Virus record (IMG/VR): IMGVR_UViG_2660238201_000001
Location: 3,579 to 67,578 of that record
From: a virus
Taxonomy: Duplodnaviria; Heunggongvirae; Uroviricota; Caudoviricetes
DNA length: 64,000 bases
Strand: one strand, 5' to 3'
The notes under the pieces: generated by a model
Database searches by the model: none
The model's input: only the letters and a program-made list of their open reading frames with translations
What the model was told of the DNA's origin: nothing
Program-made: the position numbers and the translations under genes
Part shown: positions 38,964-48,433 of the stretch, piece by piece
How the letters are laid out: the number at the start of each line of letters is the position of its first letter
Numbering within the stretch: position 1 is the stretch's first letter

Positions 38964-39407
38964 TTATGCTACTTTTTTACCGAATATGTTTGATAGAGTG
39001 ACTCTGGTCTGCCTCTTAAGCCGGTATCTTCTGACGTCGCCTATCTTGCTCACCTCCATGAACTCCTTGGCCACCTTCAGGACAAGACGGGCACGGAACG
39101 CTTTAAATGAAGCCAGCTCTTCTTCTGGTTTGTCAGATTCATAAATCTCCAGCAGATATTGGCACGCCTTTGGATCTTGCGTTTTTAATGCCAGCGCACG
39201 CGCGCATTTCCGTAATCGACAAATAGGGTCGGCGCCATCCTGCTTTGCAAACGCCAATGCCAGATCGAGCGTGACAGGGCAGTCAATGATTTCCCAGAAC
39301 TGTGATCGCAGAGTAGCTTCAATCGCCTTCTCCTGAAACTCCTGTGGTATTGCTGTGAGCTCTTGTGCAATTTTATCCGCTGCGCTCATGTGTTTTCCTT
39401 TATTCAT
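38964..39407 (-). CDS. hypothetical protein (147 aa)
   Basis: ORF coupled to dnaE part B. Confidence 0.4.
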   Translation of the reverse strand: MNKGKHMSAADKIAQELTAIPQEFQEKAIEATLRSQFWEIIDCPVTLDLALAFAKQDGADPICRLRKCARALALKTQDPKACQYLLEIYESDKPEEELASFKAFRARLVLKVAKEFMEVSKIGDVRRYRLKRQTRVTLSNIFGKKVA

Positions 39408-40573
39408 TTGTTAATAGTCTCCGCTACCTCTGCCAGAATGGCTTCCAGCTTTTCTCCTTCCTCTGGACGGAAGTACAAAATATTCGGGTTAAATCCATAG
39501 AACACGGTCACGTCCAGGTCTGGCAGATATTCTTTGCGCCCAACAAGATCGGATGGCTTGCTCTTGTTATTGAACAGCGATGTCGCCCGGCTGCCGCACG
39601 TCAGCACGTAGGTTGGACGAACCAGATTTATCTCTTCCCGCATAAAGTCGATAAACTGGCCGATCTCATCTTTGGTGTAGTCTTTTTCCTTATCCTTTAC
39701 CTTTTTACACACGCCAGTGACATACAAATCACCCATACGCAGGTCACCAGAAACCAGCAACTTGGCTTTGAAGTCATCGTAGCCGTTCTCCATGAAGTAG
39801 CCGGTACGTGCATCATTGCCATTGGCATTGTCGAGTATGACCATAATTTTTGGCTTAATGCCGATGCTTGGTCGTATCAACTCATCGCCCAGACCCATTT
39901 CTGCGGCCATGCGAGTCATCAGTACATTGACCTCTGCAGAGCGTTTTGGGTTCATTTCAAATGGGCGTGTAGCTTTCACCGCATCGATCACCAGATTGCC
40001 CATCAGCTCTGCCTGATCTCGCAGACGTTCCGGATCGGTCGCCGGCATACTGCCAGGTTCAATAGAGGCGAATGCCCCAACCTTTTGCAGAGACTCACGT
40101 ACTCGGCTGTTACAGGCTCGCTTCTCGACCGCTTCCTCAAATTGCGCCAGCGACTCGAATTTGCCGCCAACTTTCTCACGCGCTCTCATGATGGCCTGGC
40201 AACCATTCTCAGAGCAGCCTTTCACAGCAGAGAATGGCGCATACAGAACCTGGCTGCCGTCTTCCAGCGTGCGGATCTCAATTCGGTTAGATGACACGTT
40301 AACGTCTGGTGGCAATACGCGAATGCCATAGGTCAGCGCATCCTTAACCAGCCCCTGGTGCTTATCCTCGCCCAGAATGGTGAGAGCAGCAGCGAAGAAC
40401 TCAGCAGGGTAATGTGTCTTTAACCACATAGACTGATAGCTGATCAGCGAGTAGGCAACGGAGTGTGATTTGTTGAAGGCATATCCACCGAACTTCTCAA
40501 AGGCGTCCCATACTTCTTGGGCTTTCTCAGGGCTAAGACCTTCCTGCTCGGAAATAACTTTGGCAATTTTCAT
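39404..40573 (-). CDS. dnaE: DNA polymerase III alpha (DnaE-like), C-terminal segment
   Basis: Begins just before the fingers motif GGYAFNKSHSVAYSLISYQSMWLKTHYPAEF. Confidence 0.8.
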   Translation of the reverse strand: MKIAKVISEQEGLSPEKAQEVWDAFEKFGGYAFNKSHSVAYSLISYQSMWLKTHYPAEFFAAALTILGEDKHQGLVKDALTYGIRVLPPDVNVSSNRIEIRTLEDGSQVLYAPFSAVKGCSENGCQAIMRAREKVGGKFESLAQFEEAVEKRACNSRVRESLQKVGAFASIEPGSMPATDPERLRDQAELMGNLVIDAVKATRPFEMNPKRSAEVNVLMTRMAAEMGLGDELIRPSIGIKPKIMVILDNANGNDARTGYFMENGYDDFKAKLLVSGDLRMGDLYVTGVCKKVKDKEKDYTKDEIGQFIDFMREEINLVRPTYVLTCGSRATSLFNNKSKPSDLVGRKEYLPDLDVTVFYGFNPNILYFRPEEGEKLEAILAEVAETINK

Positions 40574-40594
40574 GTGTTTTTCCCGTCATTAGCT

Positions 40595-41296
40595 TCAAAC
40601 GCTAGCTTTTTTTAAGATATTTGCGATTTGAGTGTTAGAGATGCCGAATTTTTCTCGCAACTTTTCATAGGTTGCGCCAGCCTTGCGCAAGGCGACCACC
40701 TCAGCTCTTGCTTCAGCATCCAGTTTTTTGGATGCTCTTGAGACAACGATCGGCCCACCAACTCGTGCCCATTTCTTCCCGGTGACGATATGGTGAATGT
40801 AAAGCTCAGTTAAACCATATTCGGCCGCGAGATCTTTGTTCAGAGCGCCTTCTGACTTTTTAATGCGAATAGCAATGACGACTTCGTTGGTTAGCTTGGC
40901 GTTGTAGCGCCTCTCACCAAACTCAACGGTATCGTGTGCAATGGCGTCAGCCATGTTGTCGACTTGAGTGCCATACGCGAGATTGGAGAGCGCATTGTTT
41001 GATGGTCTTCCGTCAAGATGACGAATAAGTAAGCCTTCTGGTCGTTCTCCGTGGAATGCAGTTGCTACCAGATAATGGACTGTGCGGTCGCATTTGACGC
41101 CGTTGACGCTTAGTTTCACGCCCAGATGTCCAAAATCATTGATTACGCGAGGTTTGAGGATTTGCCCCTTCTTCACCCATTCGCCCCCATTGGGGGCTGT
41201 TCGTATAACATCTAAAGAGCGAATGCGACCTAAACTGGATGCTTCGTAATAACCTTCAAACTCAGGAATGGATTTCCAAATTTCTTCCACCGTCAA
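40595..41296 (-). CDS. HNH homing endonuclease (NUMOD4 + HNH_3 + C-terminal HTH)
   Basis: WKSIPEFEGYYEASSLGRIRSL matches NUMOD4 and HYLVATAFHG...RHLDGRPSNNALSNL matches HNH. Its ATG forms an ATGA overlap with the dnaE part A stop. Confidence 0.75.
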   Translation of the reverse strand: MTVEEIWKSIPEFEGYYEASSLGRIRSLDVIRTAPNGGEWVKKGQILKPRVINDFGHLGVKLSVNGVKCDRTVHYLVATAFHGERPEGLLIRHLDGRPSNNALSNLAYGTQVDNMADAIAHDTVEFGERRYNAKLTNEVVIAIRIKKSEGALNKDLAAEYGLTELYIHHIVTGKKWARVGGPIVVSRASKKLDAEARAEVVALRKAGATYEKLREKFGISNTQIANILKKASV

Positions 41297-43656
41297 ACTC
41301 CAAAATCAACAATATCAGCGTTATCACCAATCGCTTCGTCATAGGTTCTGCGTTTGCCGTCAGAGCACATCAGCTTGGCCTTTTTGTGGACTTCTACTGT
41401 GCTTCCGTTTTCAAGTGACAGTGTCACCCAACCTGCTTGCGCTCGTTCTACAAAATCGCTGCCGATCGCTTTCATCTTATCCATGTTCTTTTTACCGATA
41501 GCGGAACGCAGAGCGTCAGCCTCAGCCATAGAGAATCCAGCGAGTACGCGAGAGCTTTTCATGATCTGCTCTTGATAGAGTAAAACGCCGTTGGTTTCTT
41601 TAGTTGCTTCCTCAAGACGCGGATGAATTGAATGTGGAGCCATAAAACCTTTTGCCACGGAGACATAGTCGTCCAACATGCCTGACTGAATTGGACCTGG
41701 TCTGAAAAGCGCAGTTGTGGCCACAATGGTTTTGAAGCTCATTGGCTCGATACCACCACCCAGATCTTTGAGTAGCTTCCTCATGGGGCCGGACTCAAGC
41801 TGGAACACACCTTGCGTATACCCCGCGGCGAATCCATCAAGTACTTTGCGATCATCCAGTGGGATGGCATCGAGGTTGATGTCCTTGCCGGTGCTCTCTT
41901 TGATGTAACGTTTTGCGCTATCCAGCAGATCGAGAGTGGCCAGGCCCAGAACGTCCAGTTTGATTAACCCCATGGCCTCGCAGTATCGTTTATCGAATGC
42001 GATGCAACGCGCGTCTCCACGTCGCTCTACAGGGGTACGTTCCGTCAGAGGTACGCCAGCGACAATCACCCCTGCAGCATGACGGCCGAAGCCACGCATC
42101 AGGTTTTGCAACTTGCTCGCCGCCTTAAATGCGTCCGGATGTTTGGTGGCGTATTTGTCCAGGCTGGCCAGCTGCTCGCGCAACTCCGACAGAGACAGAC
42201 TGTCATCCTCCAGGGTCTTAAGCTCCTTGGAAACCGCCATATCAGCCGCATCAACGCCATAAATACGTGCTGTGTCGCGCAGCGCGGAAGCGGCGCCCAG
42301 ATAAGTGAAGTTCGGAATGCCTGCAACATACTCTTCGCCATATCGGGCATTCAGATACTCGATCACCTCATGGCGCCGCGCCTGGCTAAAGTCCAGATCA
42401 GCATCCGGCAAGTCGAGACGTTCAGGGTTAATGAAACGTTCGAACAGCAGGCCATGACGGATAGGGTCAACGTTGGTAATGCCGATGCACCATGCCACCA
42501 GAGAGCCGGCGGATGAACCACGACCTGGCCCGACCGGAATACCTGTCTCGCGACTATGATTCATCAGATCGCGAACCATCAGGAAATAACCGCAGAATCC
42601 CAGGCGAGTGAGCGTTTCCATTTCATACTTGAGGCGATCGACGTAAACGCGGTGCTCGGAAGCTGGTGGCGTGTAGCCAAATTCTTTGTTGCTGAGACGT
42701 TTTCGAAGCCCTGCGACAGCCAGTTTCATCAACGTTGCAGGCTCATCGTCTGCCATTTTTGGCAGCGCCGGCGCCATCTCGTGCCAGCGCCATTCGCACG
42801 CCTTAACGATGGAGTCTTGCGTTGTAGAAGCCATGGCGGCAGATACAGATACGCCCATCCGGACAGAAAACTCTTTCAGAGCCTGCAGCAGATGACGGCG
42901 ACCATTTATTGCATTGTCGCGCTGGTGGGGGATACGCAGCCGGTGTGGCTGATCGACTTTGATATTGTTCATCACCATGTGGGCGATGTCTTTGATGTCA
43001 GCGTCATCAACCCCTTCGTAATAAGCTGGGTAAAACGCAACGGGCTCGATTTTCAGTGCGCTTGCCACTTTCATGGCTCGCACGTTGATCTGGTCATAGA
43101 ATGGCGTAGGGTGCGGATAAACTACGCTGTAGAAATTCTCGCGTCCGCCGGCAGTAATCAGCGCGCTAATAATTTTAGCGAAGTCCGGGCGCTGGAATAC
43201 GCTGCCGATATCCGAAGTCAGCAACAGTATATTGCCTTTAGCGTAAGTAGCCGCCAGCTGTTCGAGCGCCAGGCGTGGTACGAAGTAAAACTGCTCGCGT
43301 GTATTGGCTAAAGTCATTAGTTCGCAAATGTCGCGATAACCTTGCTCGTTTTTAATCAGTGCGGTGAAGCAGTAGTTACGTCCACGCTCCAATGATTCCA
43401 TACATCCATTAGACTCTTTGGCCAGTTTAGCCCGGTACTCGTATGTTGGATCGTCGACAACATTCAGCTTAACACCACAGATCACCGCCATCTCATCGCC
43501 AGCTGCTCGCTGCAGGGGGATAACGCTGGCGATATTCATCGTGTCAGCAGAGATAACCGCGGTATAGCCAGCCTCCTTTGCTACCTTTACTGCGTGCTCT
43601 GCTTTCAGTGCTGATTCTCCCAGGGAAAAATCAGTCCTGACCATCAGTGCTTTCAT
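41293..43656 (-). CDS. dnaE: DNA polymerase III alpha (DnaE-like), N-terminal segment (PHP + palm)
   Basis: PHP-domain N-terminus and palm motif PVGPGRGSSAGSLVAWCIGITNVDP. The last ~45 aa (VTLSLENGSTVEV...DFGV) have no counterpart in DnaE. Confidence 0.85.
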   Translation of the reverse strand: MKALMVRTDFSLGESALKAEHAVKVAKEAGYTAVISADTMNIASVIPLQRAAGDEMAVICGVKLNVVDDPTYEYRAKLAKESNGCMESLERGRNYCFTALIKNEQGYRDICELMTLANTREQFYFVPRLALEQLAATYAKGNILLLTSDIGSVFQRPDFAKIISALITAGGRENFYSVVYPHPTPFYDQINVRAMKVASALKIEPVAFYPAYYEGVDDADIKDIAHMVMNNIKVDQPHRLRIPHQRDNAINGRRHLLQALKEFSVRMGVSVSAAMASTTQDSIVKACEWRWHEMAPALPKMADDEPATLMKLAVAGLRKRLSNKEFGYTPPASEHRVYVDRLKYEMETLTRLGFCGYFLMVRDLMNHSRETGIPVGPGRGSSAGSLVAWCIGITNVDPIRHGLLFERFINPERLDLPDADLDFSQARRHEVIEYLNARYGEEYVAGIPNFTYLGAASALRDTARIYGVDAADMAVSKELKTLEDDSLSLSELREQLASLDKYATKHPDAFKAASKLQNLMRGFGRHAAGVIVAGVPLTERTPVERRGDARCIAFDKRYCEAMGLIKLDVLGLATLDLLDSAKRYIKESTGKDINLDAIPLDDRKVLDGFAAGYTQGVFQLESGPMRKLLKDLGGGIEPMSFKTIVATTALFRPGPIQSGMLDDYVSVAKGFMAPHSIHPRLEEATKETNGVLLYQEQIMKSSRVLAGFSMAEADALRSAIGKKNMDKMKAIGSDFVERAQAGWVTLSLENGSTVEVHKKAKLMCSDGKRRTYDEAIGDNADIVDFGV

Positions 43657-43836
43657 GTGTTTTTACCTTCTGTTTTTTCTTAATTTTGTCGTTGGGGAAG
43701 CCGACGAACTTCCCGTATATCGAAATCGCAACTCCTTTGGCTGCCTGGTGGCAGTCAGGCCTGTGAGCGCATGACAAACAGGCCGCGCCAGTTTCAGAAG
43801 CTGCGATAAGAGATCCAAAACAACCTTTACGCACGA

Positions 43837-45069
43837 TTAACCGAAGATTTTCTGAACCACTTCACGCGCCGCTTGCGCAGAGGTGGAGGGGAGTTTATTG
43901 ATGAATGACTTCTCGATGCCGGCTGCGAAATCACCTCGCATCATTCCGATTTTTGCGGACAGAAGCAGCTCACGCGGGCCGATTGGTTGGCTGATCAGGT
44001 GTTGCTCATACCCGTCTCGTACCAGATTGGCGAACTTAACCATTTTTTCGGCGTATTCACGGATGATTCCCGCTTCGACCAGCATGTTTACCTCAGCACC
44101 AGGCTTCATGTACTTGACGTGAGATACGATGCCAAAGCGAGAGAAGTTAGCCGCGTTCTGGATGTTCGTTCCTTGATAAAGCCCCGTTTCATCCCCTGAA
44201 CCATTAGTGTTGCCTGTACCGATGAAGGCGAAGCGCTTATGCGGCGCCACGCGACGCCAGTCTGGTGTCGCTTCTTTGATTACGAGAGGTTCGCCTTCCA
44301 GAACTGGCTGGTAGATCCCCAGAATCTGCGGGAATGCAAAATCGTATTCGTCTGCCAGATACACCCAACCGTTCTTCATCGCCAGCGACAGAAGCCCTGG
44401 TTCAAAGTAGGTTGTGCCTTCTCGCGCCAGAATCTGGCCCGTAATATGGGCTTCCTCAGTTGATGCCGTATGCTGTGAGCGGATAACCGGGCGATTCAGG
44501 AGCGCGCAAAGCTGGGTTGGCAGGGAGGTTTTCCCCGTACCAGCATGACCCCATAGATAACCAGGAATGCCGATCTCCAGCATCATGAAGATGTCTTTAA
44601 TCAGATCGAAGTCGCCGTATACATAGCCGGCTTTCACTTCTGGCACGAACTCCGGATATGGCGTGTTGATGTTGACCGTCACCTGAAGGGGTTTGCCTCG
44701 AGGCGTGCCAAGTTCCTTGATGGTCAGGCCAAGCAGCTCGTGAGCGGCGACAAGCTCAGTTTTGTATTCGACTGTCCCTGCATAGCCGGGGTGGGAACTG
44801 ATATCCGCGATTTTGCCGTCTGCTCCAGCCTTCTCAGAGCGTTTCGTCTTTAACGCTTCAATGGCCTTTGGAGACAGCGTTGGTTCCCCAGGGAATGCTG
44901 TGGTGTACATTTTCACTACGTCATCCACACCAAGCCCTTTGGCTTCTTCTGGAATGCCTTCACAACGTCCCATCGAAATGTGGGATTTGAGGTGATGGAA
45001 GGATTTTCCGCACCATTTGCAGGTGACGGCATCAGAGTGGGCGTCTTGTGGTAGCGCAGTCGCGGTCAT
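43837..45069 (-). CDS. AAA+ ATPase, MoxR/CobS-like
   Basis: Walker A GHAGTGKTSL, Walker B VYLADEYD, and an N-terminal C..C...H..C zinc-finger-like motif. Confidence 0.65.
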   Translation of the reverse strand: MTATALPQDAHSDAVTCKWCGKSFHHLKSHISMGRCEGIPEEAKGLGVDDVVKMYTTAFPGEPTLSPKAIEALKTKRSEKAGADGKIADISSHPGYAGTVEYKTELVAAHELLGLTIKELGTPRGKPLQVTVNINTPYPEFVPEVKAGYVYGDFDLIKDIFMMLEIGIPGYLWGHAGTGKTSLPTQLCALLNRPVIRSQHTASTEEAHITGQILAREGTTYFEPGLLSLAMKNGWVYLADEYDFAFPQILGIYQPVLEGEPLVIKEATPDWRRVAPHKRFAFIGTGNTNGSGDETGLYQGTNIQNAANFSRFGIVSHVKYMKPGAEVNMLVEAGIIREYAEKMVKFANLVRDGYEQHLISQPIGPRELLLSAKIGMMRGDFAAGIEKSFINKLPSTSAQAAREVVQKIFG

Positions 45070-45165
45070 GTGTTTTTCCTTACTTGTTGTCGTTTCTGGG
45101 CTCTATTCTATACGAATGTATCAGGCTTTATAGTAACTAGTTACTTATTTTATAGGGCGTAAGAT

Positions 45166-47451
45166 TTACTCTAAAATGATACGAGATAACTCGCTGACAA
45201 CTGACGTACCCAACTCTTCGACCTTATTCACTAGCGCATAGTTTTTGTAATACCGGCGCGGCGCGTCCGTAAGAATGCCAATGGCCAACAGGTTGATGTC
45301 ACTTGTGTTTTCGATGTCATTCGTTACAGAGCGAAGATGGTTACTAAAGCCATCCCCCGCAGCGCATGGGGCGCCGTCGCTCTGCACAATCATGATCTTC
45401 TTGTCTTCCATGCGCCCTGCGAACAGAGAAGCCAGCTGTGCGATGCTCTCGCCATCCACGTTGTTTAGCAGGGGGAATGTCTCCGCCACACAGCCCATAC
45501 GAGCACGTATCTCAGGGGAGTTCGCTTTTTCATGCCAGTTTTTAATAATCGGCAGCATAAGCGCTTCAAAGCGGCTAAACCCACGTTTCGACATAGTTGC
45601 TACATCCGGATTGCCATACGTAGTGAAGCCGGTAATGACGTTCGGCACGTGGATACGATCTAGGGCGTCAGCCAGTGTGTATGCGGATGCCAGCGCGAGC
45701 TCGATTTTTCGGCCGCCCATTGAACCTGACAAATCGATGACCTGTTGAACGCACGCGTTCACGGCCTTGTGGTCTTCTTTTCTCCGGAATACCCGATCGT
45801 CATTCATCGACAGTCGGTAAAGACTCGCCCCATGTACGCGTCCACGACGCTGGCCAGGGATGAACTGAACACGGTTACGACTGGCGATCGCGCGCTCCAG
45901 GTCTTTGGCCAAGGTAGATGACACCGAGGAAGACAGATGCTTCTCCACCTTCATCTCAAACAGTTTTCTGCCCTCTGGAACAATGCGGTAGCGATCTACG
46001 GGCGAATACATAGGGATTGCGCCAAAAGCTTTTCTGGCGCGCTTAATATGCTCTTCTGCCTCGTCAATTGGCCCCAGGAAGTCGTAGGAGCGATTGTATG
46101 GCCGGTAATCAGATAGTGACGCGCTGGCTAGCTCCGACTTGATCGCCGACGCCAGCGCATCTTCGGTTGAAGAACCTATCTCTTCATCGACGTTTTCTAA
46201 TGCCTTGAGAGCATCATCAAGAGACATATCGTCAGCGTGTGGGGCAAAGCCGGCATCGCTTTCATCCGAGGTGTCACGATCCCCTTCATCCTTCTCCTTG
46301 CCACCGTCTTTGTCAGCCTTGCCTTCACCTTCACCGTCCTCGACAGCTTCGCTGTCATCAGAGGAGCTGCCGGGCCTGTCCTTAGCGCTATCATTCGTGG
46401 ATGGGTTGTAATCACCTTCATCATCCACTTCTTCCCCTGCATCTGAGCCCAGAGATGTAACAGGATCATCAGCTGTCGTTTCTTCGCTGTCAGGCAAGTC
46501 GTCAACATTTTCATGGCCTAAATCGCCATCTTCAGGTTTACTTTCTGTATCATTTATCACTTCATCACTGTTAGGTATGTACTTACTTATAGATTTGTCT
46601 GATTTTTCATCATCTTCATCGTCAGAGCTAAACTCATCAGGAGTGCTATCGAGCCCCTCTTCGTCACAAACCTCAGTATCGTCTCCTGCAGCCGGCTCAT
46701 CTGAACTGTCTTCTTCTGGTTCGGTCTTTTTGGTTAAAGAGGACTCACGTTCAGGTAACGGGCCTTCTGGCATCTCAGTCATTTCACGAAGGATCTTAGC
46801 CATTGCTGCTGCAACCTTGACGCAATCCTCAGTGCTATCCATACGACGGACAGCTTCATCGACGCCAAACTCTTTCAGAACGGCAATAGGTTTATCGATG
46901 AGGCGCCAGTGCTCCTCCATGAAATCAGCAAAAGTTGGTTGGCCATCCCACGCCCGTAGAACCGGACAGAGGAAGAACTTTAGAAACAACTCGCGTTGAT
47001 CCCCGCGGCACATCGCTACCGCCTTTTTAATGTGGGGATTAAAATATTTATCAATCATTAGGTTACGTGTGGACAATAGGTTACGCCGGCTGCCGGTGAA
47101 CACTTCACTCATGCGACGTTCGATGTAGACGTCTTCCAGGGCATTCCAGAGTCCGAATGCCTTTGTGTTGCGCATTTTCTTGACGACTTTTTCGTCTGTG
47201 AAAAGGAGATGGCCAACCTCGTGATCAAGGAATCCACGTATGGCATTCATAAGCGCAGGGCTCGCGTCATCTGGTATGGATGGGATGTTAACCATGACTG
47301 GTTCACCCTTTTTATTGTAGCGAACGTATGCTGTGTCTCCGCATTCAGCTACAGGAATGTTCTTGCCCGAAAGAAGACCAACGACGCGTTTTACGGAATC
47401 GCGGAAGTCCTGTACCTCTTTGAGTACAGTTTTGCTGGGTTTGGTTGCCAT
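45166..47451 (-). CDS. von Willebrand factor A (vWA) protein, CobT-like partner
   Basis: MIDAS motif DLSGSMGG near the C-terminus and a ~200 aa poly-acidic linker in the middle. Confidence 0.65.
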   Translation of the reverse strand: MATKPSKTVLKEVQDFRDSVKRVVGLLSGKNIPVAECGDTAYVRYNKKGEPVMVNIPSIPDDASPALMNAIRGFLDHEVGHLLFTDEKVVKKMRNTKAFGLWNALEDVYIERRMSEVFTGSRRNLLSTRNLMIDKYFNPHIKKAVAMCRGDQRELFLKFFLCPVLRAWDGQPTFADFMEEHWRLIDKPIAVLKEFGVDEAVRRMDSTEDCVKVAAAMAKILREMTEMPEGPLPERESSLTKKTEPEEDSSDEPAAGDDTEVCDEEGLDSTPDEFSSDDEDDEKSDKSISKYIPNSDEVINDTESKPEDGDLGHENVDDLPDSEETTADDPVTSLGSDAGEEVDDEGDYNPSTNDSAKDRPGSSSDDSEAVEDGEGEGKADKDGGKEKDEGDRDTSDESDAGFAPHADDMSLDDALKALENVDEEIGSSTEDALASAIKSELASASLSDYRPYNRSYDFLGPIDEAEEHIKRARKAFGAIPMYSPVDRYRIVPEGRKLFEMKVEKHLSSSVSSTLAKDLERAIASRNRVQFIPGQRRGRVHGASLYRLSMNDDRVFRRKEDHKAVNACVQQVIDLSGSMGGRKIELALASAYTLADALDRIHVPNVITGFTTYGNPDVATMSKRGFSRFEALMLPIIKNWHEKANSPEIRARMGCVAETFPLLNNVDGESIAQLASLFAGRMEDKKIMIVQSDGAPCAAGDGFSNHLRSVTNDIENTSDINLLAIGILTDAPRRYYKNYALVNKVEELGTSVVSELSRIILE

Positions 47452-47566
47452 GTGCTTTCCTTATCGAGTAAACAAATTGTTTTCAGATATAAGAAATAAC
47501 ACTGCGCGAACAGGGGAGGAAGCAATTCGCGCAGGGGATCAATGAGTTATAGGCGGGTTATAAATT

Positions 47567-47797
47567 TTAGTTGATTCGAACCGCGAAAGAGAGGTCGCCA
47601 GTATTGATCAGCGTGAAAGAGCCATTTTCCAGGGAGAACCGGAAAACAGTAGCGTCGCGCGCTCTAACGTTTACCTGGTGATTTGGTAACTCAGATAGTA
47701 CTTCTGCAGCCTCCAGGTGTGTCAGCGCGAAAACATTGCCTACATTCAGAGCAAGTAAATTAGATGACAATTTTTCCATTAATAGCATCCTAATCAA
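47567..47797 (-). CDS. hypothetical protein (76 aa)
   Basis: Small ORF. Confidence 0.35.
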   Translation of the reverse strand: MIRMLLMEKLSSNLLALNVGNVFALTHLEAAEVLSELPNHQVNVRARDATVFRFSLENGSFTLINTGDLSFAVRIN

Positions 47798-48052
47798 CAG
47801 GTTTCATTTGGAGGTGATGGTACTACCTATTGATATAAAAGTTAATAAAAATGTATCGTAATGTCTTAAACAAAAACAATCAAAAAAATCAACAGAAGTA
47901 CCGGATTTTACTAATTTATCCCTTATTTCGCGTGATTTATGTGCGATAATTGCCTACAAATAGCCGGATGTAAGACTTTACAATAACAACCGTTGCTGTA
48001 ATATCGGTAAGTACTTACCATACAATAAGATCACGCGAGGATAGTAACTACA

Positions 48053-48433
48053 ATGACAATGGCCGATGAGAAGACCGCTCGTTACGTCGCCTACATCGAT
48101 TCTTTAATCACTGTTTCGCCGAAAAGTCAGTCGGCGATCTCCCGTGAGATTGGTTACAAGAATCCCAACATTTTGTCCCTGATAAAAAAGGGAAGAATTC
48201 CGCTGCCGGTAGAGAAAGTGCTACCACTGGCAGAAGCACTGAATGCAGACCCAGTACGTCTCATGATGATGGTTCTTGAAGACCGTCAGCCTGAGCTGGC
48301 AGATTTTTTACGAGACCAGGGCATCGCGCCGCTGACTCCGGAAGAACGTGAGGTTCTCGCAGCTTTCCGCAACCGCTTTCCGGCTCAAACTGATGGTGTT
48401 GAGCAGGTTGTCGAAGCAATTAAAAAGCTATGA
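48053..48433 (+). CDS. HTH transcriptional regulator (XRE-like)
   Basis: SQSAISREIGYKNPNILSLIKKG has helix-turn-helix character. A palindromic motif lies upstream at 48006-48030. Confidence 0.5.
   Translation: MTMADEKTARYVAYIDSLITVSPKSQSAISREIGYKNPNILSLIKKGRIPLPVEKVLPLAEALNADPVRLMMMVLEDRQPELADFLRDQGIAPLTPEEREVLAAFRNRFPAQTDGVEQVVEAIKKL

Noticed and set aside
41293-41430. C-terminal 45 aa of DnaE fragment A as the start of an intein (SLENGSTVEV resembles Hint block A)
   Set aside because: The reading frame stops after about 43 residues. The adjacent endonuclease is a free-standing NUMOD4-HNH type with its own start codon in another frame, and no C-terminal HN splice junction is present.
43631-43834. 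67-aa ORF overlapping the dnaE start by 25 nt
   Set aside because: It is short, overlaps a strong gene start and shows no distinctive features.
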